A stretch of DNA of 64,000 bases from a virus (Duplodnaviria > Caudoviricetes): the IMG/VR virus record IMGVR_UViG_3300009873_000007, positions 1 through 64,000 of that record, one strand, 5' to 3'. This document shows, in pieces, positions 55,807 to 64,000 of this stretch. The stretch's first letter is position 1. Each line of letters starts with the position of its first letter. A model generated the notes under the pieces. The model saw nothing but the letters and a program-made list of their open reading frames with translations. It was not told the origin of the DNA and did no database searches. The position numbers and the translations under genes are program-made.

Positions 55807-56148
55807 TCAGCGCACTGGTCGCACCAGACCGCCCGGCAAAAACACCGGCGGCAAGCCGCGGCTTGCCATGACGATGATGTTGGCGGTCGGAAACCGCCGA
55901 GCGATGTAGCCAGCGGCAACGCTGTGGCCGGGTAAAATCACGCAATCGACGTTGAACGGATTGCCGTGGATTTCCGGCAATGCCAGGGCTTCGTCGGCCA
56001 GGGCATCCAGTTGCGACGTGAGCGGCTGGGCCATGTCCAACTGGACTTTGATGGTATGGACGACGGCATCGCCAGCACCGTACTCGTCGGTGATGATGCG
56101 CTGCGCTTCGGCGTTGAGCGGATGCGAGAAATTGATTACGACGATCAT
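55807..56148 (-). CDS. csx15: Csx15-like (divergent CARF-related) protein
   Basis: INFSHPL start, VQLD..QPL..Q..ALAD, ILPG, G.PP.F match my recollection of Chloroflexota Csx15; AGGAG SD. Confidence 0.75.
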   Translation of the reverse strand: MIVVINFSHPLNAEAQRIITDEYGAGDAVVHTIKVQLDMAQPLTSQLDALADEALALPEIHGNPFNVDCVILPGHSVAAGYIARRFPTANIIVMASRGLPPVFLPGGLVRPVR

Positions 56149-56200
56149 GTTCTGTTCTCCTGATTGATTGTGCCAGGTGGGGGGACCCTGGCGGGGTGGG

Positions 56201-56521
56201 TTAGGGCTTGCGATCTGGATGCAGCACGCACCAGCGATAATGCTGCTGTGGCTGCGCTGGCCGCTCTACATCTGCCAACTCATGGAAGTAATAGCCGTTG
56301 GCGTCTGGCTCGTCGTAATACTTCGCTGTTTTGTAGGTGGCGACGAACGGTTCCCACCAGACAGCACCGCACTGCGGACACCACGATAGCGAGATGTCAG
56401 CGTGAGCCGTGGCAGGCTCACCGAACACTAAGCCTGGCGGTGTGGCAGTCAGCGTGCGCACACTCGTGCGTTTGCGACCGCCACCAGAGCGCCGGGACTT
56501 GCCGGGGCCACCTTTAGCCAT
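56201..56521 (-). CDS. hypothetical protein with CxxC
   Basis: WCPQCG; coupled start. Confidence 0.6.
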   Translation of the reverse strand: MAKGGPGKSRRSGGGRKRTSVRTLTATPPGLVFGEPATAHADISLSWCPQCGAVWWEPFVATYKTAKYYDEPDANGYYFHELADVERPAQPQQHYRWCVLHPDRKP

Positions 56522-56751
56522 TAGACGCTTACCCGTGGGTCATATCTGCCGATGAAAATCCATTCATCGGCGGGCGTCGCATCGGTGGCTACGATAGCTG
56601 CCACCACTTCGTTCTCAGAGGCATACAGGTAGCACGCTTCTGAAATATCGAGATCGGCAACGATCTCTTGAATCGGCGTTGTCAGCGCATACGTGGCAAT
56701 GTCGGGGCCACAGACATCATTTGAGAACTTCTTGGCTGCTAAAACTTTCAC
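56521..56751 (-). CDS. hypothetical acidic protein
   Basis: GAAGGA SD, GTG start. Confidence 0.65.
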   Translation of the reverse strand: MKVLAAKKFSNDVCGPDIATYALTTPIQEIVADLDISEACYLYASENEVVAAIVATDATPADEWIFIGRYDPRVSV

Positions 56752-56797
56752 GGTAATCCTTCCCCCGGTGTACGATGCCCGCCGGGAGGCTCAGAAA

Positions 56798-57028
56798 TTA
56801 GCTCAGAAACGCTGCCGCTGAGGGCTTGACTTCCAAACTATTGTACCGAACGATTTCACGAATCAGACTGTAGTTACCGTTCAGCGGAGCGATTTCGATG
56901 CTCCAAATCTTTTTTTCGGGATTCCAGCGACCACCGGCTTGCTTCATCAGCTTGACGCTACGGCCATCGTAGCTGGTGGCGATGATAAAGAATTTCTTAT
57001 TGGTGTCCGTGCAGATTACGTTGCTCAT
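56798..57028 (-). CDS. hypothetical protein with GGRWNPEKKIW motif
   Basis: AGGAG SD; first gene after a promoter. Confidence 0.7.
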   Translation of the reverse strand: MSNVICTDTNKKFFIIATSYDGRSVKLMKQAGGRWNPEKKIWSIEIAPLNGNYSLIREIVRYNSLEVKPSAAAFLS

Positions 57029-57066
57029 TTTTGCCTCTCCTGAATCACTCCGTTTCTCTGCTATTT

Positions 57067-57095
57067 ATTTTAGCAGAAATAAATAATCTTGTCTA
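57067..57095 (-). promoter_or_regulatory. early promoter with overlapping palindrome
   Basis: TAGACA-17 nt-TAAAAT; TCTGCTA-N7-TAGCAGA inverted repeat. Confidence 0.7.
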
Positions 57096-57140
57096 GTAGG
57101 GGAACCTTAAATTTTCATGCTTTTGCAAAACTCACCACGC

Positions 57141-57173
57141 CAAACAAAAAGCCGCCAGCACCAGGCCGGCGGC
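57141..57173 (-). terminator. intrinsic terminator
   Basis: GCCGCCGGC/GCTGGCGGC followed by TTTTTGTTT. Confidence 0.8.
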
Positions 57174-57180
57174 GAGTGGG

Positions 57181-57459
57181 TTAGGGGTGCGTTGGGGGTC
57201 TGCCAGCACCCTCACGAGCGCCGCCCCACTGTTTTTCATCCGACTGCCCACGCAATTGCCGGGCGGCCTGGGCCAGATGCACCCTCGCCGTCTCCCTGTG
57301 GCATCCCGTCTGCGCTATCAATTGATGACGGAATACTGAGTATTGCGCCTTGCGCGCTGGGCCGCCGGGGATTTGGTCTAGCTGCTCGATTCCAAATTTT
57401 CTGATGATAGCAAGCGCCGCCTCGTGAATCTCCTGATAGCGTTCTTTGGTTGTTGGCAT
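57181..57459 (-). CDS. hypothetical protein with C-terminal GGAREGAGR motif
   Basis: AGGAG SD. Confidence 0.7.
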   Translation of the reverse strand: MPTTKERYQEIHEAALAIIRKFGIEQLDQIPGGPARKAQYSVFRHQLIAQTGCHRETARVHLAQAARQLRGQSDEKQWGGAREGAGRPPTHP

Positions 57460-57818
57460 CAGTAATCTCCTGCATCGTTCGTGGTAGACGGAAACAGGCT
57501 CAGGCGATAGAAGCCTAGCTGCTTGCTCACGCCCAAATCGGCCAGCGGGATAAACTCGTTTTCATCGTGGAACACAACGCCGATTTCGCCATTATCTCGT
57601 GTAATCCAGTGGGCCTGGCCGGATTCCTCGATATATTGTTGAATCACCGAGGCGATCAATAGTTGCTCGCGGGGTAGCGCATCGTCAACGCCGCCGTGCG
57701 TGATGTGTTGGTAGACCAAGCCTCGTTGGTCATCAATTCTAGCGTAGACGGTTCCGGCATCGTAGCCGGTGAGCAGGATTTGAAACAGTTCGTCGTTGTA
57801 TAGGTCGGGATGTGCCAT
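57459..57818 (-). CDS. hypothetical protein
   Basis: Probable ATG at 57818. Confidence 0.6.
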   Translation of the reverse strand: MAHPDLYNDELFQILLTGYDAGTVYARIDDQRGLVYQHITHGGVDDALPREQLLIASVIQQYIEESGQAHWITRDNGEIGVVFHDENEFIPLADLGVSKQLGFYRLSLFPSTTNDAGDY

Positions 57819-57862
57819 ACGATCCTGCCGGTTACAAGGCCACCGGCTGGGCGCATAGTTAT

Positions 57863-58462
57863 TTAATTGCTCATTCGGTCGTAACAGTCCGGGCAAGTTG
57901 TACCCTGGCTGCTCGTCATCACCAACACTTGCGGCACACTATGACCGCAAGCGCAATCAATCAATTTGACCTGTGGCGCGCTACGCTTGCGACGAATAAC
58001 GCCTTTGCTGTGGTCGTAGTAGTAGTTCGGTGAGTCTTGCCACTCGACAGCCTTGCCAGTCAGAAGCAACCGTTTAATTTCCTCCTCGGTTTTGCCGTTA
58101 CGCTCTGCCGCCAGTGTGACGGCTTCCGTCAACGTTTCATCTGTGGCTGGCTTGTAGGTTTTGCCATACATCCCCACATAACCATCGGTGATTTCGTACT
58201 CTGCCGGCTGTAGGGTGATGGTCGGCTTGGGCTGCTCAGACGGCCAAAGCATTTCCCAGTAATCTTCCGGTTCCATTTCTTTTGACGGTGCAATCTGATC
58301 CTGAGTCTCACCGGCTAACTGGTGGGCCTGCTCATCACTCAGGTCTAACACCTTCGCCACGCTGTATAGGATAGCGTCGAAATACTCGTCTAATTCGTCG
58401 TTGCCACGCACCGACTCATTGCGATACTGCATCAATCGCTCAAAAATCTCTTGGCTGGTCAT
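57863..58462 (-). CDS. hypothetical protein with C-terminal Zn ribbon
   Basis: CACG...CPDC. Confidence 0.75.
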   Translation of the reverse strand: MTSQEIFERLMQYRNESVRGNDELDEYFDAILYSVAKVLDLSDEQAHQLAGETQDQIAPSKEMEPEDYWEMLWPSEQPKPTITLQPAEYEITDGYVGMYGKTYKPATDETLTEAVTLAAERNGKTEEEIKRLLLTGKAVEWQDSPNYYYDHSKGVIRRKRSAPQVKLIDCACGHSVPQVLVMTSSQGTTCPDCYDRMSN

Positions 58463-58465
58463 GGT

Positions 58466-58795
58466 TTACTTTCCTTTGCTGATGATTTTCTTGGCGGTCG
58501 TCTTGCCGTACTTGTCGCTGATCTTCGCAAACCCTTTGCGCCCGTAGTGCTGGCGTTGCTTGTGGGCGGCGGCTTCGTAAATCTGCTCAACGGTCTGACC
58601 TAGAAACTGCTCCCACTTCATCGTAACGCCGCCGTGCGCCTTGCTGGCATCATCGCACAAATCCATGTGGGCGGCCAGTTCATCAATCGTTACATTGCCG
58701 AGTGGGTGCGAGTAAGTCATCCCCATCTGCTCGTATCGGGCCTTCGCCGCCTGATGGTCACTCACGATTTTCTCTGCCTGTTGTCGGTTTTTCAT
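58466..58795 (-). CDS. hypothetical protein
   Basis: GGAG SD; first gene after a promoter. Confidence 0.7.
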   Translation of the reverse strand: MKNRQQAEKIVSDHQAAKARYEQMGMTYSHPLGNVTIDELAAHMDLCDDASKAHGGVTMKWEQFLGQTVEQIYEAAAHKQRQHYGRKGFAKISDKYGKTTAKKIISKGK

Positions 58796-58837
58796 TGCTT
58801 GCTCTCTCCGCTTGTCTGTTTGCCGTTCGATGTCTCC

Positions 58838-58866
58838 ATTATAAATCAACTATCGCCAAAATACAA
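58838..58866 (-). promoter_or_regulatory. early promoter with inverted repeat
   Basis: TTGTAT-17 nt-TATAAT; TCAACTA...TAGTTGA palindrome. Confidence 0.7.
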
Positions 58867-58924
58867 GTAGTTGAATTATACGATTGCCCTACGAAATTAT
58901 ACGTTTTGGCGTAGTATTTTGGGC

Positions 58925-58958
58925 AACAAAAAGAGCCGGCTCCCATCAGAACCGACTC
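58925..58958 (-). terminator. intrinsic terminator
   Basis: GAGTCGGTT/AGCCGGCTC followed by TTTTTGTT. Confidence 0.75.
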
Positions 58959-58999
58959 CTTGTGTAAAGCTATGCTTTGGTCCTGCTTGAAACTACAAT

Positions 59000-59098
59000 C
59001 TACACCCTACGCTCAATCCTCACGGGTCTTGCAATTTGCCAAACATCACGATTCCGAAACCTCACACGATAACTGCGACGCCTGCGACGTTGTACCAT
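59000..59098 (-). CDS. 32-aa arginine-rich peptide
   Basis: AAGGAG SD; MVQRRRRRSYRVRFRNRDVWQIARPVRIERRV. Confidence 0.6.
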   Translation of the reverse strand: MVQRRRRRSYRVRFRNRDVWQIARPVRIERRV

Positions 59099-59219
59099 GT
59101 GTTGCTCCTTGAATGTGGCGTTGATGGGGGCTGCTGGGGAGTCTCGCTGCGGGTTCCCCCGTCGGCGCTGTGCGCCACCCGATGGGCGATGCTCCCCAAT
59201 TGAAAATAGCACAATTTTG

Positions 59220-59525
59220 CTAATCTGCAAATTCGACAATTGACCGATTGCGATGAATAGCTGAATGGCATTTATCGCACAGGCATATCGTTGCGCCGAT
59301 CTCCTGCGTCAGCGACCACACATCCAGCCACGCACCGGGGAACATCCGCACAGGTGCGTAACTCGCATGGTGGACTTCCACATCGCTACGCTCATGGCAG
59401 GTTCGGCACTGACGGCCATCCAGCCACAGCCGCACACCTCGCACGAGTTTCCATCGCCACGAGTGCGCTAGATAGTGGCGATAGGCGATCTGTCTATCTG
59501 ACATTGCAGAGACGAAATTAGCCAT
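59220..59525 (-). CDS. small HNH endonuclease
   Basis: DGRQCRTCH...VHHASY...CLCDKCHSAIH. Confidence 0.8.
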   Translation of the reverse strand: MANFVSAMSDRQIAYRHYLAHSWRWKLVRGVRLWLDGRQCRTCHERSDVEVHHASYAPVRMFPGAWLDVWSLTQEIGATICLCDKCHSAIHRNRSIVEFAD

Positions 59526-59976
59526 TGCGCACCGCCGGCAACGCCTTAACCTCATAGCTATTATCGCCGGCAACTAGATAGTATCGGCCATTGTCCATTT
59601 CGATTTGTGCGTTGTGCTTGCGTGCAACCCGGCGCAGGGCTGGCACAAAACCAGGATCGCCAGGTTGCAGCATGGCCGGCTGCCGCCGCACCTGCTCCAG
59701 CGCAATTTGCCCTCGCCACCACAGCACGATGGCGAGCAGGATGATTGCACCGATAATCACCAGCACCCAGGGCAGCATATCCGCCCAGGTGCGGGCAACC
59801 TCCACAGACGCCTGTGATTGCAACTCGGCCACCCTCACGGCGGCATCGGCTTCGATGCGCGCCCGCTCGACATTGCCGAATAAATCAAGGCTGGGGAAAG
59901 CAACGCTAACCCCGCCTGACATTAACACAAAGACGACAGCGACCAAAACCATCAAAACTGCAACGAATTTTGCCAT
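59518..59976 (-). CDS. membrane protein (two TM segments)
   Basis: GGGAGG SD; hydrophobic segments. Confidence 0.7.
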   Translation of the reverse strand: MAKFVAVLMVLVAVVFVLMSGGVSVAFPSLDLFGNVERARIEADAAVRVAELQSQASVEVARTWADMLPWVLVIIGAIILLAIVLWWRGQIALEQVRRQPAMLQPGDPGFVPALRRVARKHNAQIEMDNGRYYLVAGDNSYEVKALPAVRNG

Positions 59977-60020
59977 TTACCCCTCCCCTACCCTACTGGG
60001 TTGATGCTCGGATGACTCGG

Positions 60021-60725
60021 CTACACGAGGCCCGGCTCGGCGGCAACCGAGCGCCGAGCAAATTCCTCTGCCATAGACAAGGCCATGTCTGATGATACCC
60101 CCATACTCCCATTGTTGATGGGCACACCGGCATCGGCTAAGAATTGTCGGGCAGATTCCCATTGATCTCTTGACATCACTCCCGCCGCCATAACTTTATC
60201 TCTGGAAATTGTTCCATTTGTCTCATAGAATCCACATAGAGCAATGACACTCTCCATGCGCCGCCGATCAGCAACTTCAGCTAGTTGAGGGGCTAATTTT
60301 TCATCTTTCAGCAGAGAGCGTGCCCCACTTTTGCCCTCCATATCTAACATGCGCTGCAAAGTCTTGACCTTGTTTTCTGCCCGCAGAGCCAACCTTTTCC
60401 AGTATTCAATTTCCTTTTCCTTTGGGTCAAGCTTTACGTATTCACGATGCAGCGCCTCACTATCATTTAAGGCGATGATGGGTAATGGGCACGGCAGATA
60501 ATCATTCTGCCAACAAATTATCATGTCACAAAACCTATGATCGTGACCATGATTCAGAAAGTTTGACGCCACAAACTCAAATTCTACTGCCCAAACCTCT
60601 CCATTCTTGCGGATTTTTGCATCCGGAAAGGTCAAATCGCTGATCTCGACAAATTCCCATCCTGCTTTTTCAGCTAAAGTCGAAAACAACACAATTACAC
60701 CTTGTTCGTTTTGTGGGATAAACAT
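60021..60725 (-). CDS. PD-(D/E)xK-like nuclease fused to a C-terminal helical domain
   Basis: NEQGVIVLF...FPDA...VEFE..ASNF..HGHD...CDMIICW. Confidence 0.7.
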   Translation of the reverse strand: MFIPQNEQGVIVLFSTLAEKAGWEFVEISDLTFPDAKIRKNGEVWAVEFEFVASNFLNHGHDHRFCDMIICWQNDYLPCPLPIIALNDSEALHREYVKLDPKEKEIEYWKRLALRAENKVKTLQRMLDMEGKSGARSLLKDEKLAPQLAEVADRRRMESVIALCGFYETNGTISRDKVMAAGVMSRDQWESARQFLADAGVPINNGSMGVSSDMALSMAEEFARRSVAAEPGLV

Positions 60726-60733
60726 GACTCCTC

Positions 60734-61498
60734 CTATCTTGCACTTGGCGCAACAAAACCTTCCGGCATTTGACGTTGACGAGCAACGAACTCACGTACT
60801 TTGCCCATAGCCTCTACAGCCGATGAACCGATTATTCCATTCGCCACGGGTACGCCGGAATGCTCCAGCAGGCGCTTGGCAGCCTCCCAGCGGGTGCGAT
60901 CCATTGCGCCCGATTGAATCACCACATCACGACTAATTTTGCCGTGGGCATCCTGAAACCGGCATAGGGCCAGCGCATCGCGCAACGGCTCTGCGTATTC
61001 GTCCTGTGGCAATCGAGGCGGCGCCTTGGGCAACTCATCAACGCCGGTGGTCACACGCACGTTGCGCACCATCTGAGCGTTGGCGATGGAGAGTTCACGA
61101 ATCTCCTGATTGAGTCGGTCATTCTCGTTTTCGAGCGCCTCAATACGCTCGGTGGAATATCCCTCCGCCCAACCCCGCCCCCAGCGGTGAATGAACATTT
61201 GGATTTCGTCTTTGAACGCACGGATCGCACACACCACGCCGAACGCACCGCCTGACCAGTACACTGCCTCCAGCATGATCCGCTCAACCGTGGCTTTGGA
61301 ATTGCCAAAATCAATGCGCCACATCTGCACAGCCACAATTGCCACAAAGAGACCTAGACCGCCGGCCACATTCTGCAATAGCGGCACAAGCACATCGCGC
61401 TCTAGGTTCTGCGTCAGCAAATGCTCGATTACCGGATCGTACTCGGCTTGTGGCGCTTCCGGCGCTACAAATGTACTGGCTGTGTTGTATCTGCGCAT
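60734..61498 (-). CDS. membrane protein with coiled coil and the same C-terminal domain as the downstream nuclease
   Basis: Two TM segments; ALC.F....G.ISRD.V...G.M.R..WE.A...L...GVP..NG shared. Confidence 0.75.
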   Translation of the reverse strand: MRRYNTASTFVAPEAPQAEYDPVIEHLLTQNLERDVLVPLLQNVAGGLGLFVAIVAVQMWRIDFGNSKATVERIMLEAVYWSGGAFGVVCAIRAFKDEIQMFIHRWGRGWAEGYSTERIEALENENDRLNQEIRELSIANAQMVRNVRVTTGVDELPKAPPRLPQDEYAEPLRDALALCRFQDAHGKISRDVVIQSGAMDRTRWEAAKRLLEHSGVPVANGIIGSSAVEAMGKVREFVARQRQMPEGFVAPSAR

Positions 61499-61500
61499 GG

Positions 61501-61926
61501 TCACTCCGATGTCGTACCCTGATACTCGCACTGTTCGAGGTCGCTGACTGTCTGTGGCATCGCCTCGCACAATGCCAGGTCGCCATCAAATGTAACCTCC
61601 ACACCGCCGGCGACTGTACGAACTCGGAACACCTCATCAACGCCATCAATCACAAACACAACCGGTTGCCACTCACCTACCGGTTGCGCTCGTGGCGTTG
61701 GTACGGGTGTGGGCGTCGGTGTGGCTTGCACTGTGGCCGGTTGCTGCATAGACACAGCCGCCTGTACTGGCGCATCGTGACGAGCGTTCAATCGAGACTC
61801 ACCCCAGTACCGCAGACCATAGACGGCAGCGGCGGTCAGCACAATCACGATAAAGATTTTAGCCAGACCACTGCCAGCAGCAGCGGGTTGCGTCGGATTC
61901 GGTGTCACTACTCGATAGGTTGCCAT
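61501..61926 (-). CDS. single-pass membrane protein with Pro/Thr linker
   Basis: TM segment then TPTPTPVPTP. Confidence 0.65.
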   Translation of the reverse strand: MATYRVVTPNPTQPAAAGSGLAKIFIVIVLTAAAVYGLRYWGESRLNARHDAPVQAAVSMQQPATVQATPTPTPVPTPRAQPVGEWQPVVFVIDGVDEVFRVRTVAGGVEVTFDGDLALCEAMPQTVSDLEQCEYQGTTSE

Positions 61927-62190
61927 TATGGTTGCTCCTCGGTCGCACAACCGCTCAATACACTCGTCACCACAGGCGCAGCGGCTTGTGTGTGAGAATC
62001 ATTCGACACGTACAGGGCCAGCACAATGCCGACTAGCAGCAATGTGGTTTTGATAGCGAGTAGCACTAGAATGATTGTTTCTCTGATGTCGATCACAGGT
62101 CGCTCTCCTCACGCATACCGAACATTCCAGCAATCAGTATTATCACAAACGCACCGGCCAGCATACCGGCGAGGAATGCAAGCAATGTTT

Positions 62191-62847
62191 TCATTGTGCG
62201 GCCTCCATTGTGCCATTCGTCTGTTTCAGCCAGTTCGCAATTGTGTTGCGATGTACGCCTAGTTCTTTGGCGATCTGTGGGTAGCTCAATCCCTCATCAT
62301 GCAATTGTTGTGCTCGTTGTCGCTTGTCGATTGTGATTAGCGCATCGGGCAATGGCTCCGATTGTACGTCTTCCACAGCCTGTGGTTGTACCGGTTCCGG
62401 CTCGGTCTGTGGGTCTGTGGTTGTCGCCTTTGTGGTGCGAGTTGTGCGCTTGGACGGCTGCTCAGCGTGTGGCTGTGCTTCCACAACCACATGGCTGTAC
62501 CGTGCAATGGCCGCCGGCAGCGCCACAGACACCAACCAGGACGGCAACGCACCAAACGAGAACAACGAAACATCAATCAAATAGTAGTAGCTCAGATTCA
62601 TCGCAATGCTGACGGCGGCAAATCCGTAGCTCTCGTTTTGTCTGTTTTGCACCACAAACACAAGCACGGCTAGTTCCAGCGCAATGGCAAAGAAATAGCT
62701 ATGGATGTATGCCAGGATGCCGTGCGCATGGCCGATGCCTCTGAACACATCGGCGGCGTGTGGGATTTGAGCCACAAGCGCGAGCACCAACACAATCAGG
62801 ATAGCGTTGGGTGATTTTAGGATGTCAAGAAAGCGGATATTGTGCAT
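62191..62847 (-). CDS. four-TM protein with C-terminal HTH (DUF2637-like)
   Basis: FAIALELAVL...VSIAMNL; GLSYPQIAKELGVHRNTIANWL. Confidence 0.7.
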   Translation of the reverse strand: MHNIRFLDILKSPNAILIVLVLALVAQIPHAADVFRGIGHAHGILAYIHSYFFAIALELAVLVFVVQNRQNESYGFAAVSIAMNLSYYYLIDVSLFSFGALPSWLVSVALPAAIARYSHVVVEAQPHAEQPSKRTTRTTKATTTDPQTEPEPVQPQAVEDVQSEPLPDALITIDKRQRAQQLHDEGLSYPQIAKELGVHRNTIANWLKQTNGTMEAAQ

Positions 62848-62977
62848 TGCTCCACCTTACATTTGCAGGTAGAGCGGGGAGAGGCTAATAATATGCGATT
62901 AGCCTATCAGCCCGCTACTACGGGTTGATACGGTTAGTCACCTATCTGTGTTTGCTCCACGGGTAGGTGACGCTGGG

Positions 62978-63217
62978 TTATTTCCAGTAAATCATCGAAT
63001 TGATACAATCCACGGCACAGCCGGCCACCTCCACGCCGCTTTTGTCCGCCATCTGTAGAGCCTCCACAACAAACGATACCCGCTCGTGCGGTTCCAACTG
63101 GGCCAGCACACCGGGGATAGCTGCCAGCCATGCCGTGGGCGTCAGGGCGAGGGGTGGCAGTGTTGGCGCTGTGAATGGCGGATTTCCGGCAAGGATCACA
63201 AAGTCATCGTTGGTCAT
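62978..63217 (-). CDS. hypothetical protein
   Basis: Coupled to the upstream gene. Confidence 0.55.
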   Translation of the reverse strand: MTNDDFVILAGNPPFTAPTLPPLALTPTAWLAAIPGVLAQLEPHERVSFVVEALQMADKSGVEVAGCAVDCINSMIYWK

Positions 63218-63435
63218 TTTCCCGGCTCCAGTGCATTCAGCAAACGATCTATTTTCTTTTCTATACGCTGCATGATGCTAACTTTACTGTTCTCCTCTTG
63301 GTCATAAAACCATCGCAACAATGCTCGTGTAAGTGCTTGTGAATCGTTGGTGGTATCGGGGAAAGTCTTACGTGCAAGATTGACCACCTCTCCCATTTTA
63401 CCTTTAGTTGTAATCCACGCTTGCCCTTTTGCCAT
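63214..63435 (-). CDS. small putative DNA-binding protein
   Basis: First gene after a promoter; NDSQALTRAL RHH-like helix. Confidence 0.6.
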   Translation of the reverse strand: MAKGQAWITTKGKMGEVVNLARKTFPDTTNDSQALTRALLRWFYDQEENSKVSIMQRIEKKIDRLLNALEPGK

Positions 63436-63474
63436 TATCCCCGCCTAACTGTAAAAATATGGTAAGTTAGAACG

Positions 63475-63503
63475 ATTCTAAACTAAAATCGTCAGTTTGT
63501 CAA
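63475..63503 (-). promoter_or_regulatory. early promoter
   Basis: TTGACA-17 nt-TAGAAT. Confidence 0.8.
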
Positions 63504-63625
63504 TAGGCAAAAATACCATACGGTACGGTATGGAAAAACATACGATACAGTATGGTATGGTTCCGCCAACCTCCACACTTGCACACAACCCCGGCGCTAT
63601 ATCCAAAAATGATGGAAAATGGATA

Positions 63626-63668
63626 TAAAAAAACCGTCCGGGCGCTCTCCACGCCTCAGACGGTTGAC
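63626..63668 (-). terminator. intrinsic terminator
   Basis: AACCGTCTG...CGGACGGTT followed by a T run. Confidence 0.75.
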
Positions 63669-64000
63669 ATTCAGCGACTATATAGAAGATGTAGTTTGCA
63701 CGAGTAGCTAACGATTGTTGCGATGTGTCAGTTATTTAGTTAGCGGTCGTGTGGCGGTATAGGCGATCTCCATTCACTCAGCGACACGCCAGGGCTGGCG
63801 TCAACAGATGCGTATGCGGTTATTTATGTCAAACGCTGCTCAGTGGCGGCGTGTTGGCATCTTGCCGTAGGCGATGCGCCATGTATCGCATGATACTAAA
63901 GTCAGCCACAAATAGGCCATTTGTAGTGCTTGGCAACCCACGACCGGATTTTAACGATGTGATTGTAGCGCAGGCGATGCCATTCAAAGGTAGTCGCATC

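Noticed and set aside
63800-64000. 3' end of an endolysin on the minus strand
   Set aside because: The short frames give no convincing amidase or peptidase motif; undecidable at the window edge.
1-64000. Integrase or att site
   Set aside because: No tyrosine or serine recombinase motifs in any ORF. The XRE repressor alone does not prove a temperate lifestyle.

Overview
Most of a tailed dsDNA phage genome (siphovirus-like, larger than this window), probably infecting a Chloroflexota host. Host clues are a Csx15-like gene and a secreted protein ending in a Chloroflexota-type 'xxPxxR' tail. Layout: 0.2-7.3 kb methylation and nucleotide metabolism (HNH genes, N4/N6 MTase, dual-frame C5 MTase, ThyX, Dcd); 7.5-17.9 kb XRE repressor, recombination and replication (Sak4-like ATPase, SSB, initiator with likely origin, DnaB, RusA, beta clamp); 18-53 kb late genes (accessory fibre module, SAM MTase and GT2, terminase, portal, MuF, protease, capsid, tail tube, frameshifted chaperone, second fibre module, tape measure, tail tip and fibre); 53-63.5 kb leftward early genes with repeated hairpin+SD leaders. 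No integrase, endolysin or CRISPR array was recognised. Top observations: (1) a phage-borne Csx15-like protein, a candidate type III anti-CRISPR; (2) a three-copy covarying RNA hairpin that is mutually exclusive with terminators ahead of the head, tail-tube and tail-tip genes, a candidate new antitermination system; (3) two structured intergenic RNAs directly upstream of two of those elements, one tRNA-like; (4) a 20-aa repeat shared by three fibre-like proteins. All family assignments are from motif recognition by eye; no searches or folding programs were run.
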